NCBI GenBank assembly: GCA_938074535.1
Contig: CALJER010000008.1
Location: forward strand, 23,523-87,522
Direction of reading: 5' to 3'
Origin: an uncultured archaeon
Lineage (GTDB): Archaea > Hadarchaeota > Hadarchaeia > Hadarchaeales > WYZ-LMO6
Length of the DNA stretch: 64,000 nucleotides
Positions 17,905 to 26,495 of this stretch are shown piece after piece. Made by a program: the position numbers and the translations under genes. Position 1 is the stretch's first letter, and each line of letters starts with the position of its first letter. The notes under the pieces were generated by a model, which saw nothing but the letters and a program-made list of their open reading frames with translations, made no database searches and was not told the DNA's origin.

Positions 17905-18686
17905 CAGCTTCCCCCCACCTTCTGCCTGGCGAAGAGGGCCGCCCCGAGGGCCCCCACCAGCTGCGGGTCGAAGTCCAGCCTGAGGAGGGGGACCCCCAGC
18001 ATCTCCTCCAGGTACCTCACCACCCCCACGTTCTTCGCCACCCCTCCGGAGAGGACCACCTCCCTCTCCACCCCCATCCTCGAGGCCAGCGCCTTCACCC
18101 TCGCCGCCATGGCCTGATTCACACCCGCCGCCACATCCTCGGCGCTGGCACCCTCAGCCAGCTGGGAGAGGACCTCCGACTGGGCGTAGACCGCACACAC
18201 GTTGGTGATGGGTATGGGCCTCCTGGAGGAAAGGGAGAGCCTTCCCAGCTCCTCCACTCCCACTCCCAGCGTCTTGGCCATCAGCTCCAGGAACCTCCCC
18301 GTTCCCGCCGCGCACTTGTCGTTCATGACGAAGTTCAGCAGCCTTCCCTCCCCGTCCACCCTTATCACCTTGCAGTCCTGCCCCCCTATGTCTATCACCG
18401 TCCTCACGGAGGGAAGGAGCCAGTGGGCACCCTTTCCGTGGCAGGAGATCTCCGACACGTTCTCCCCCGCGAAAGGAATCCTCACCCTGCCGTAGCCCGT
18501 CCCCACGCAGTAGGCCACCTCCTCCCACCTCCTCCCCGCCTTCCTCAGCGCCTCCTCCATCACCTCCCTGGCCGAGAGCTCCGGTCTGGGTTTGACCCTC
18601 CTCACCTCGTGGGAGAGGATGCGCCCGTCCTCCAGCAGGACGGCCTTGGCGGTGAGGGAGCCCACGTCGCAGCCTGCCACCAGCAT
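17904..18686 (-). CDS. CoA-substrate-specific enzyme activase (HgdC/BcrA/BcrD family), copy 2
   Basis: MNDKCAAGTGRFLE and CAVYAQSEV motifs. Tandem paralog of copy 1; by eye the two differ by more than 50%. Confidence 0.8.
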   Translation of the reverse strand: MLVAGCDVGSLTAKAVLLEDGRILSHEVRRVKPRPELSAREVMEEALRKAGRRWEEVAYCVGTGYGRVRIPFAGENVSEISCHGKGAHWLLPSVRTVIDIGGQDCKVIRVDGEGRLLNFVMNDKCAAGTGRFLELMAKTLGVGVEELGRLSLSSRRPIPITNVCAVYAQSEVLSQLAEGASAEDVAAGVNQAMAARVKALASRMGVEREVVLSGGVAKNVGVVRYLEEMLGVPLLRLDFDPQLVGALGAALFARQKVGGS

Positions 18687-18687
18687 G

Positions 18688-20055
18688 CTAGCCCAGTCCC
18701 ATCGTTTCGTTGAACTCCAAAATCCTGCGCTTGATCTCCGAAACGGGGCTGACCCTGAAGTCCCAGGAGTCAGCCTCCAGCCTGAGGCAGGGCAGGCCCG
18801 TCTCCCTCTGGAGCGCCCTTATGAAGGCCTGGAAGCCCCCCCAAGTGTTCTTGCAGGCAGGATGGCCGGCGAACACGAAGCAGTCCCCTCCCCACTGCTC
18901 CACGCACCACACGTAGTCCTCCAGCCACTGGTCGGGCAGATCCACAGGCCCCCTCTGCTGCCTGGTCATGGGGTAGCTCCAGCACCTCTGCGCCAGCCCC
19001 TCCAGCATGGTGTCCAGGGAGGAGGTGTCGATGGGTTTCTCCGCGTGGAAGAGGGTGAGGACGTCCACCACGTAGCTCATCCCGTTCTCCTCCAGCCAGA
19101 ACCAGAGGTCCATGCTGGGGGGGTAGAAGCCCGTGTACACCCAGATCTGCCTGATGCGCTCCTCCGGCTTCGCTCCTTCCCCCTTCCTGAGCCTGTCCTT
19201 GGAGGCCTCCAGCACGGCCTCGAAGACCCTGGTCCCCTGCGGGGTCCCCACCGAGCTGAACTTCACGCCCTGGAGGAAGATGTTGAAGGAGGAGTGGACG
19301 GGGTTGGGGCGGGCCCTCTTCAGGTCATTTATCTCCAGGTAATACTTCCTGCACTTCTCGCTCTCCTCCACCACCTCCCTCAGCCTCTCCTCCTCCAGTT
19401 TCTTCCCGGCGAACTCCTCCAGCCTCCTCACCTGGTGCCTGTACTCCTTCGTGTAGTAGTCGAAGGCCCTCTCCCCGTGGTAGGTGGGACAGTCTATCCC
19501 CAAATAGGGAACACCCAGGCGGACCGCCATGTACTCGTAGAGCTTGGAGTTGGCGTCGCAGCTTCCTGGGGCGGCGGTAACCACCAGATCCGGGCGCAGG
19601 CCCAAGCCCTTCAGGATGGCCCCGCAGGCTGCCCTCTGGGAGGTGCACATGGTCTCGAGCAGTCCCTCCTCCACGCTCCAGTCGAAGTAGACGTGGGGAT
19701 CCTCGAGGAAAATGGTGGCGAAGGAGGTGAGGACCTCCGGCACCAGCGGGACGAGGTCCAAAGCGTAAAAGACCTCCGGGGCGGTGTTGAAGCTGGAGAG
19801 CACCACCTTCTTTCCCTCCTCCCTCGCCCCCCTCAGCATCCCGAGATACCAGGCCGCCCACCTAGAGACCTCCAGGGCCACCCTCCGGATGGCGGGGTCG
19901 GAGAGGAAGAGATGCCTCAGGACCTCGGCCTGGGAGGGAACGGCCGCCACCAGGTCCTCCATTTCCCTCTCCGTAACGTCCTCGGGGATGGAGGAAGCCG
20001 TGGAAAGAAGGATGAAGAGCCTCTCCTCGAGCGGCAGCTGCCTAGCCTCTTCCAC
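18688..20055 (-). CDS. 2-hydroxyacyl-CoA dehydratase / benzoyl-CoA reductase BcrBC-like (HgdAB/DCCP family) subunit B
   Basis: HgdB/BcrC-family length and conserved Cys pattern (CTSQRAACG..., GSCDANS). GTG start at 20055. Confidence 0.75.
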   Translation of the reverse strand: MEEARQLPLEERLFILLSTASSIPEDVTEREMEDLVAAVPSQAEVLRHLFLSDPAIRRVALEVSRWAAWYLGMLRGAREEGKKVVLSSFNTAPEVFYALDLVPLVPEVLTSFATIFLEDPHVYFDWSVEEGLLETMCTSQRAACGAILKGLGLRPDLVVTAAPGSCDANSKLYEYMAVRLGVPYLGIDCPTYHGERAFDYYTKEYRHQVRRLEEFAGKKLEEERLREVVEESEKCRKYYLEINDLKRARPNPVHSSFNIFLQGVKFSSVGTPQGTRVFEAVLEASKDRLRKGEGAKPEERIRQIWVYTGFYPPSMDLWFWLEENGMSYVVDVLTLFHAEKPIDTSSLDTMLEGLAQRCWSYPMTRQQRGPVDLPDQWLEDYVWCVEQWGGDCFVFAGHPACKNTWGGFQAFIRALQRETGLPCLRLEADSWDFRVSPVSEIKRRILEFNETMGLG

Positions 20056-20377
20056 CAGCCTCCCTCCTCTCGGCCAGCCTCCTCAGCTCCCTCTCCTCCA
20101 GCCTCGGGCGGAGGTAAATCGCGTACCCACCCTGGGTCTTCTCCACCATGAGCTTCCATCCGCCCTTCTCCCCCTCCTCCCTCTCCGACTGTCCTCTCAC
20201 CACCCTGTCCAGCATCTCCTCCATCCCCTCCAACAGCTCCCTGGGAAGTCTGGACCTGAAGTCGGGGCAGATCCTGGTGCTGGCGGGGTTCTCCTCGCTC
20301 CCCTTCAGCTGACACCTTATCCTCTCCCACTCCATCCACGCGGCCCAGAAGCAGTCACCGCACCTAACGGGGCTCAT
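20042..20377 (-). CDS. Small Cys-containing protein (C-x2-C-x14-C-x13-C) between the two HgdAB-like subunits
   Basis: MSPVRCGDCFWAAWMEWERIRC...RIC motif. Its ATG overlaps the upstream stop (ATGA at 20374-20377); its stop lies 14 nt inside the next gene. Confidence 0.45.
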   Translation of the reverse strand: MSPVRCGDCFWAAWMEWERIRCQLKGSEENPASTRICPDFRSRLPRELLEGMEEMLDRVVRGQSEREEGEKGGWKLMVEKTQGGYAIYLRPRLEERELRRLAERREAGGRG

Positions 20378-21507
20378 CTCCCCAGCCTCTCCAGGAAGGC
20401 CTGGATTCTGGTCCTGATCCTCCCCACCTCCGCCAGCGGGCCGTACTGCCTCTCCAGGAGCAGAGTGGGCACCCCCTCCTCCTCCAGCCTCCTGGCGAAG
20501 AGGGTGTTGTCTCCTCCATGCGTGTCGCAGAACTTCATGTGCTCCAGGACCACTCCTTCCACCCTCCATTCTTTGATGAGCCTCCTCAAAAAGTTGAGCT
20601 TCCTCTCGAACTCCCCATAGGTCCTGGCGCAGGGTACGTGGTAGTAGTACCTCCTCACCAGGGCCTCAAAGGGGTCCCCCCCCTCTTCCACCATGTCCAC
20701 GATGGACCTCATGCCGAAGCAGAGGGAGTCCGTGACCACCAGGCCCCCCTGCCCCTCTATCACCCTCACCAGCTCCGGATCGTCGTTCACGCTCCCCACG
20801 AGCATCAGCCTGGTTCCGGAGTACTCCTTTCCCCTCTCCTCCACTTCCTCCAGCGCTTCCTCCAGCAGGCGGTTGTAGACCTCCCTTCTCACAGCCGTGC
20901 TCGCCACGTGGAGGGCCAGGGCCTCCTGCCCGGAAACAGGGGGTCTCTCCCTCTTTCTCCTTTCGTTGAGCTCCAGGAGGAGCCTCCTCCCCCTGTTGTA
21001 CTCCCTGATGGCCTCCTCCAGCTTTTCGGGAGAGAGCTCCGTCCCGAAGTGCCCCTCCATGGCCTTCAAAAGGGAGAAGATCTCGCCCCGGTAGAACTCC
21101 AGCCCGTGCTCCGTGAGGGTGTGGGGGATCCCAAAGTAGTAGAAGAAGGGGGGGAGGTTCCCCGCCGCCTTCCAGCAGTCGTACATCCTCCTCACATGAT
21201 CGCAGGTGCGGGAGATCACGGCCCCATCCAGGAAGTCGTACCTTCCCTCCAGCACCAGCTGCAGGCAGCAGCGCGTGTAGCTGCAGTTGACGGGACCGTA
21301 CCAGGCGTCCGCCAGGGAGGTTCCTGAGCAACCCGTCCCCCTGATCCTGAAGGGAAGCATGCCCAGGGCGTGGACGAGCTCTTCCGGGAAGTAGCTGCAG
21401 GTGTAGCCCACGACCCTCCCTCCTCCCCTCTTCCACTCTTCCAGCAGGGGATTGGAGATCCCCGAGGAGACCCGCTCCAGGGCTTCTAGACTTCCCACTT
21501 CAAACAT
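20374..21507 (-). CDS. 2-hydroxyacyl-CoA dehydratase / BcrBC-like (HgdAB family) subunit A
   Basis: GYTCSYFPEEL...GTGCSG...CSYTRCC motifs of the HgdA/BcrB family. ATG 21507 (MFEVGSLEAL) preferred; ATG 21522 also possible. The upstream ORF extension was rejected. Confidence 0.75.
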   Translation of the reverse strand: MFEVGSLEALERVSSGISNPLLEEWKRGGGRVVGYTCSYFPEELVHALGMLPFRIRGTGCSGTSLADAWYGPVNCSYTRCCLQLVLEGRYDFLDGAVISRTCDHVRRMYDCWKAAGNLPPFFYYFGIPHTLTEHGLEFYRGEIFSLLKAMEGHFGTELSPEKLEEAIREYNRGRRLLLELNERRKRERPPVSGQEALALHVASTAVRREVYNRLLEEALEEVEERGKEYSGTRLMLVGSVNDDPELVRVIEGQGGLVVTDSLCFGMRSIVDMVEEGGDPFEALVRRYYYHVPCARTYGEFERKLNFLRRLIKEWRVEGVVLEHMKFCDTHGGDNTLFARRLEEEGVPTLLLERQYGPLAEVGRIRTRIQAFLERLGR

Positions 21508-21556
21508 GGTTCTTGCGGGCATAAATCTTTTTTTTTGAAGGGGCCAAGAAAAACCG
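21508..21556. promoter_or_regulatory. Divergent promoter region (CATAAATCTTTTTTTTT) between the HgdA-like operon and the saccharopine-DH-like operon
   Basis: AT-rich stretch 20-30 nt from both start codons. Confidence 0.4.
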
Positions 21557-22753
21557 ATGGGAGATAAGAAGGTGGTGGTCCTGGGAGGGGGCGGGGTGGT
21601 GGGAAGAACCGCCGTGAAGGACCTGGCCAAGAGCGGGGTCTTCTCGGAGGTGGTGGTGGCCGACAAGGAGGTGGAGAAGGCGAGGGAGCACCTGGAGGGA
21701 GTTCCCCGCCTCTCCTTCGTGAAGGCAGACCTCACGGAGTTGTCCATCCTCAGGGAGGTGATAAAGGGGGCGGACGTGGTTCTGAACACCGTAGGACCCT
21801 TTTACAAGTTCGGCCCCTTGCTCACGAGGGAGGCCATACGGACCGGGGTGAACTACGTGGACATCTGCGACGACTACGAGGCCACGCTGGAGCAGCTGAA
21901 GATGGACGAGGAGGCGAGGAAGAGGGGTGTGACCGTCCTCACGGGCATGGGCTCTTCACCCGGCGTGGCCAACGTGGTGGCCAAGTTCTGCTCCCAGTTG
22001 CTGGACCAGCCGGAGGAGATCCACATCTACCACATCCACGGGGGGGAGCCGGAAGAGGGGCCCGGGGTGATCTACCACCGCATCCACTACATGACGGGAA
22101 AAATCCCCATGCTGAAGGATGGGAAGATGGTGTACTTCGGGTTCTTCAGTGAGGAAGGGAGAAGGGAAATAGAGGAAGTGGACTTCTACGAGCCCATAGG
22201 GGTGGCGAAGGTTTACCCCTACCCGCACCCGGAGACCATCACCCTCCCCAGGTACATCCCGGGCCTCAGGAAGGTCACCAACAAAGGGTCCGTCCTACCC
22301 CTGGAATACTACGAACTGCTGCGGGAGGCCGTGAAGATGGGTTTAGCCGATGAGAAGCCCCTGAAGGTGGGAGGGGCCTCCGTGGCCCCCATCGACTTCC
22401 TGGTCTCCTTCGTCCTCTCCAAGAGGAAGGAATATGCGAGCAGGCTGCCTGAACCCGTGGGTTGCCTGAAGATCGTGGTGAGGGGGAGAAAGGGGGGAAA
22501 GAGGATGGAGTACAGGTTCGCCATCCCCTCCAGGGGTGCGGGTATGGGGGAGGGAACGGCCATTCCCGCCTCGGTGGGCACGCAGATGGTGGCCAGAGGG
22601 GAGATCGAGGAGAAAGGGGTCCTCCCCCCGGAGGCCTGCGTGGATCCCATGAAATTCTTCGAGGAGGCGAGGAGCAGGGAGGGGATGGGCGGCGTCAGGA
22701 TCATCTTCGAGAGCGTGGACGAGGAGGGGAGGGTGACCAGCATACCCCTTTGA
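21557..22753 (+). CDS. Saccharopine dehydrogenase-like NAD(P)-binding oxidoreductase
   Basis: VVVLGGGGVVGRTAVKDL Rossmann motif and Sacchrp_dh-like layout. Confidence 0.7.
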   Translation: MGDKKVVVLGGGGVVGRTAVKDLAKSGVFSEVVVADKEVEKAREHLEGVPRLSFVKADLTELSILREVIKGADVVLNTVGPFYKFGPLLTREAIRTGVNYVDICDDYEATLEQLKMDEEARKRGVTVLTGMGSSPGVANVVAKFCSQLLDQPEEIHIYHIHGGEPEEGPGVIYHRIHYMTGKIPMLKDGKMVYFGFFSEEGRREIEEVDFYEPIGVAKVYPYPHPETITLPRYIPGLRKVTNKGSVLPLEYYELLREAVKMGLADEKPLKVGGASVAPIDFLVSFVLSKRKEYASRLPEPVGCLKIVVRGRKGGKRMEYRFAIPSRGAGMGEGTAIPASVGTQMVARGEIEEKGVLPPEACVDPMKFFEEARSREGMGGVRIIFESVDEEGRVTSIPL

Positions 22754-22790
22754 CCCAAGCCTTTTTTTCCTCCAGAAAACCACTCTTTTG

Positions 22791-24089
22791 ATGTTCAAGT
22801 GGAGGGAAAAGGAGTACGAGGAGCTTGAGGCTCAGCCCGAGGCCCTCCCCGAGGGGGTGGATCCCGAGGAATACGTCATCGCCACCTACTTCCTCTCCCT
22901 CCCCTCCGCCCTGGATCCCTGGGAGGTGGCTAGGGCCCTGGCCATAGAGCAGAGCACGGGAACCTGGGTGCCCGTTCCCGGGGAGACCCCCGAGGTGAGG
23001 AAGAAGCACGTGGCCAAAGTGGTGGGACTGTACGAGGCCCCCTATCCGGAAGTCCTCTCCCCCACGGAGGCCAGGGAGAGGAACTATGTGGTGCAAATCG
23101 CCTTCCCGCAGGTGAATTTCGGGAAACAGATCCCCATGCTCCTCTCCACGGTGGCGGGGAACCTGATGTGCTGGGAGAAGATCAAGCTCCTGGACCTCCG
23201 CTTCCCCAAGAGCTTCGTGGAGGGCTTCGGGGGCCCCAAGTTCGGGATAGAGGGGATAAGGAAGCTGCTGGGAGTGGAGGAGAGGCCCCTGATCAACAAC
23301 ATGATCAAGCCCTGCACCGGCTTTACACCCGACGTGGGTGCGAGGCTGGCCTACGAAGCGGCGGTAGGGGGAGTGGACATGATCAAGGACGACGAGCTAC
23401 TGGGCAACCCCTCCTTTAACCCCATAGAGGAGAGGGTGCCGAAGTACATGGAGGCTCTGGACAGGGCGAACAGGGAAAAGGGGGAAAAGACCCTCTACAC
23501 GGTCAACATCACGGACGAGGCCTCCAGGGTGATGGAGAACGCGGACAGGGCCATAGAGCTTGGGGCGAACGCCCTCATGATCAACTATCTCACCGCCGGA
23601 ATCTCCCTGCTCAGGGAGCTGGCGGAGGATCCAAGCATCAACGTCCCCATCCTGGCCCACATGGACTTCTCCGGCACCATGTACGTCTCCCCCTACTCAG
23701 GCCTCTCCTCCTCGCTCCTGCTGGGGAAGCTGCCCAGGCTGGCGGGTGCCGACATCTTGGTCTACCCAGCACCCTACGGGAAGGCCCCCTTCATGAAGGA
23801 GAGATACGTGAGGATAGCCCACCACCTGACCTTTCCCCTCTACCACCTCCGCCCCACCTTCCCCATGCCCAGCGGGGGGATCACGCCCTCCATGGTGCCC
23901 GAGGTGGTGGGGGATCTGGGGAAGGACATCGTGATAGGGACGGGGGGAGGGATCCACGCCCACCCCATGGGTCCCAGGGCCGGAGCCAGGGCCTTCAGGC
24001 TGGCGGTGGAGGCGGTGATGAGGGGGATGAGCCTGCAGGAGATGGCCAAGGAGCACGAGGAGCTGAGGGTGGCCCTGCAGATGGGCTGA
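22791..24089 (+). CDS. RuBisCO-like protein (RLP, form IV-like); probably not a carboxylase
   Basis: RuBisCO large-subunit fold motifs are present: IKP (K175), GGVDMIKDDE (K201/D203/E204). K177 is replaced by Cys (MIKPCTG) and the HIHR region reads LAHMD (R295 lost), judged by eye. ATG at 22791. Confidence 0.8.
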   Translation: MFKWREKEYEELEAQPEALPEGVDPEEYVIATYFLSLPSALDPWEVARALAIEQSTGTWVPVPGETPEVRKKHVAKVVGLYEAPYPEVLSPTEARERNYVVQIAFPQVNFGKQIPMLLSTVAGNLMCWEKIKLLDLRFPKSFVEGFGGPKFGIEGIRKLLGVEERPLINNMIKPCTGFTPDVGARLAYEAAVGGVDMIKDDELLGNPSFNPIEERVPKYMEALDRANREKGEKTLYTVNITDEASRVMENADRAIELGANALMINYLTAGISLLRELAEDPSINVPILAHMDFSGTMYVSPYSGLSSSLLLGKLPRLAGADILVYPAPYGKAPFMKERYVRIAHHLTFPLYHLRPTFPMPSGGITPSMVPEVVGDLGKDIVIGTGGGIHAHPMGPRAGARAFRLAVEAVMRGMSLQEMAKEHEELRVALQMG

Positions 24090-24098
24090 GGGGGTTCC

Positions 24099-25598
24099 TT
24101 GGGGTACATCCTGGCCCACGACCTGGGGACGGAGCTCAACAAGGCCGCCCTGGTGGACGAGGAAGGGAGGATAGTCGCCTACTGTACCCAGGAGTACCCC
24201 GTCTCCTATCCCAGGCCGGGGTGGGCGGAGCAGGATCCGGAGCTCTGGTGGGAGGCCGTCAGGGAAACCACGAAAAAGGTGCTGGAGCTGGCGGGGATCA
24301 AACCGGGAGAGGTGGAGGCGCTGGTCTTCGACAGCATGATGTACACGCTGGTGGCGGTGGACCGGGGAGGAAGACCGCTCAGGCCGGCCATCCTCTGGCT
24401 CGACACCAGGGCGAAGGCCCAGGCGGAGGAGCTGATGGGAAGCCTGGACCTGCTGGGGATGCTGGAGAGGGGGGTGATCCCGCCCACCTCGGCCAAGGAC
24501 ATCACCCCGAAGATCCTGTGGGTGAAGCAGGAGGAGCCGCACGTTTTCGAGAAGGCCTGCTTCATCGACAGCAAGGACTACCTGGTCCACCGGTGCGTGG
24601 GGGAGTTCTACACCGACTGGAGCTGCGCCAGCCTCTTCTGCCTCTTCAACTTCAGGGAGAAGAGGTGGGAGGAGGAGCTGGTGGAGGAAATGGGCCTTTC
24701 CCTGGAAAGGCTCTCCAGGCCCGTGAAGAGCACGGAGGTGGTGGGGAACCTCACGGAGGAAGCCTCCAGGGAGCTTGGACTGCCCAGGAAGGTGGAGGTG
24801 GTGTGCGGGTCCGGGGACGCCACCGCGGTGGCGGTGGGAGCGGGGGGACCCCACCTGTACGTGGGGACCTCGGCCTGGATAGGTGCCCACGTGGAGGAGC
24901 CCCTCTTCGACCTGACCGGCGTGGGCAGCATCTGCTCCGCCGATCCCTCCAGGTTCTTCCTGATAGGGGAGATGGAGAACGCCGGGGCCTGCCTGAAGTG
25001 GTTCAGGGAGACCCTGGCCAGGGAGGAGAAGGAAAGGGCGGAGAAGGAGGGAAAAGGCCCCTACCAGCTGCTGGACGAGCTGGCCTCCGGTGCGGAGGCC
25101 GGGTCGGGGAAGCTCCTCTTCCTCCCCTGGATGATGGGGGAGAGGTGCCCCTTCACCCAGTCCACCGCCAGGGGGGCCTTCCTGAACCTCACCTTCGGGC
25201 ACACCAAAGGGCACCTGGTGAGGGCGGTGCTGGAAGGGGTGGCCTACCACATGAGGTGGATCCTGGAGGTGGTGGAAGGGATGGGGCTCTCCCTCCCCTC
25301 CATCAGGGCCTGCGGCGGAGGGGCTAAGAGCGGGGTCTGGCTCCAGATCTTCGCCGACGTGATGGGGAGGAAGGTGGAGAGGGTCTCCTCCCCGCACCAC
25401 GTGGGCTCGCTGGGAGCCGCCACCCTTGCCAGGGTAGGTCTGGGAAAGACGGACTTTTCCTCGGCGGAGAGGTCCGTGAAGGTGGAGGGGGAGTTCCTCC
25501 CCTCGGAGGAAAACCGGGACATCTACGACAGGATGTACGAGGAGTTCAGGGGGATGCAGGGGAGGCTGTCGGAGGTCTTCGAGCGCCTCAACACCTAG
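24099..25598 (+). CDS. FGGY-family carbohydrate kinase (xylulokinase/ribulokinase-like)
   Basis: YILAHDLGTE N-terminus, GWAEQDPELWW and GTSAWIG motifs. TTG start 9 nt after the RLP stop. Confidence 0.8.
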   Translation: MGYILAHDLGTELNKAALVDEEGRIVAYCTQEYPVSYPRPGWAEQDPELWWEAVRETTKKVLELAGIKPGEVEALVFDSMMYTLVAVDRGGRPLRPAILWLDTRAKAQAEELMGSLDLLGMLERGVIPPTSAKDITPKILWVKQEEPHVFEKACFIDSKDYLVHRCVGEFYTDWSCASLFCLFNFREKRWEEELVEEMGLSLERLSRPVKSTEVVGNLTEEASRELGLPRKVEVVCGSGDATAVAVGAGGPHLYVGTSAWIGAHVEEPLFDLTGVGSICSADPSRFFLIGEMENAGACLKWFRETLAREEKERAEKEGKGPYQLLDELASGAEAGSGKLLFLPWMMGERCPFTQSTARGAFLNLTFGHTKGHLVRAVLEGVAYHMRWILEVVEGMGLSLPSIRACGGGAKSGVWLQIFADVMGRKVERVSSPHHVGSLGAATLARVGLGKTDFSSAERSVKVEGEFLPSEENRDIYDRMYEEFRGMQGRLSEVFERLNT

Positions 25599-26017
25599 AT
25601 GTCCACGACCGCCTGGACGACCGTCCTGTCCTTCCCCCTCCTGACCTCCATCAGGTGGTAGGTCACGGCCTTGACCGCCGTTCTTCCCTCGTGCTTCCTC
25701 GGATCGAACCTCTCCCCCCAGGCCCTCCCCCTCAGCTTCCACCTGCCGCCCTCCTCCTCCACCTCCACACGGAAGCGGGAGAAGAGGAGGCCTTCGGCGT
25801 CCCTGAAGTAGAGGAGCCTGTCCAGCCAGTCGTAGAGGAGGGCCTGCTCGTCCTCCGCCTCCAGCTCCACCCCCACCTCCTCCCGAGCCTCCACCCTGCC
25901 CGTGTCCGTCATGACCTCGAAGAGGGCCAGGGCAGCGTTCTCGAAGGCCTCCCCCAGGTCCCTACCGTAGGCCCTGAAGCCCACGTCCGAGGGATGCTCC
26001 ACCCACTCGAACTTCAT
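25595..26017 (-). CDS. Archease (RtcB tRNA-ligase cofactor)
   Basis: MKFEWVEHPSDVGFRAYG signature. Start at the internal ATG. Confidence 0.8.
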   Translation of the reverse strand: MKFEWVEHPSDVGFRAYGRDLGEAFENAALALFEVMTDTGRVEAREEVGVELEAEDEQALLYDWLDRLLYFRDAEGLLFSRFRVEVEEEGGRWKLRGRAWGERFDPRKHEGRTAVKAVTYHLMEVRRGKDRTVVQAVVDI

Positions 26018-26048
26018 CTTCCCAGCTTGGAGGATGGGGGGTAAAGGG

Positions 26049-26450
26049 TCATCGGCGGCCCCTCCTCTCCCTCTCCAGCAGCCTTCCAAGCTTCTCGTCC
26101 AGCTCCCTGATCCTTGCCTCCAGCGCCTCCGTCCCGGGAAGGCTGGTGCCGCGGAGGATGAGGCCTGCCAGCAGACCTATGAGGCTGGCGTAGAGACAAA
26201 TCCCGGAGACCATCAGACCCATCGCCAGGACCTTTCCCCCCGTGGTCACCACCACGATGCTCCCGAAGCCCACCGTGCTCTCGATGGAGAGGGCCAGGAA
26301 GAGGGCGTCCAGGAAACCCTTCAGGTTGGGGTTCTCGCCGCGCTCCACCGCATAGAGCACCAGCGCCCCCACCACCGTCACGAGAAGGAAGACCAGAACC
26401 ACATAGCCCAGCCTGCTTCTCCTCAGAAAGCCCAGCACCCTTCTCACCAA
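26049..26450 (-). CDS. Minimal two-TM K+ channel (selectivity filter TVGFG) with C-terminal coiled-coil tail
   Basis: TM1, pore helix (FLDALFLALSIES), TVGFG filter, TM2. 133 aa. Confidence 0.7.
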   Translation of the reverse strand: MVRRVLGFLRRSRLGYVVLVFLLVTVVGALVLYAVERGENPNLKGFLDALFLALSIESTVGFGSIVVVTTGGKVLAMGLMVSGICLYASLIGLLAGLILRGTSLPGTEALEARIRELDEKLGRLLERERRGRR

Positions 26451-26495
26451 CCTCCCACATCCTGGATGTTTGGGCCTTCCTAAATACTCCGGTGA

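Noticed and set aside
21523-21789. Upstream extension (MFRTTSAPFIT...) of the HgdA-like ORF
   Set aside because: It has no similarity to HgdA-family N-termini and runs through the AT-rich divergent promoter and the start of the plus-strand dehydrogenase gene.
22791-24089. Interpretation as a bona fide CO2-fixing form III RuBisCO
   Set aside because: K177 is replaced by Cys and the R295 region is not conserved (by-eye alignment). The gene context (dehydrogenase + sugar kinase; no PRK, AMP phosphorylase or R15P isomerase) fits an RLP.
23697-25742. 681-aa minus-strand ORF opposite the RLP and FGGY kinase genes
   Set aside because: Antisense shadow ORF with low-complexity H/P/G composition.
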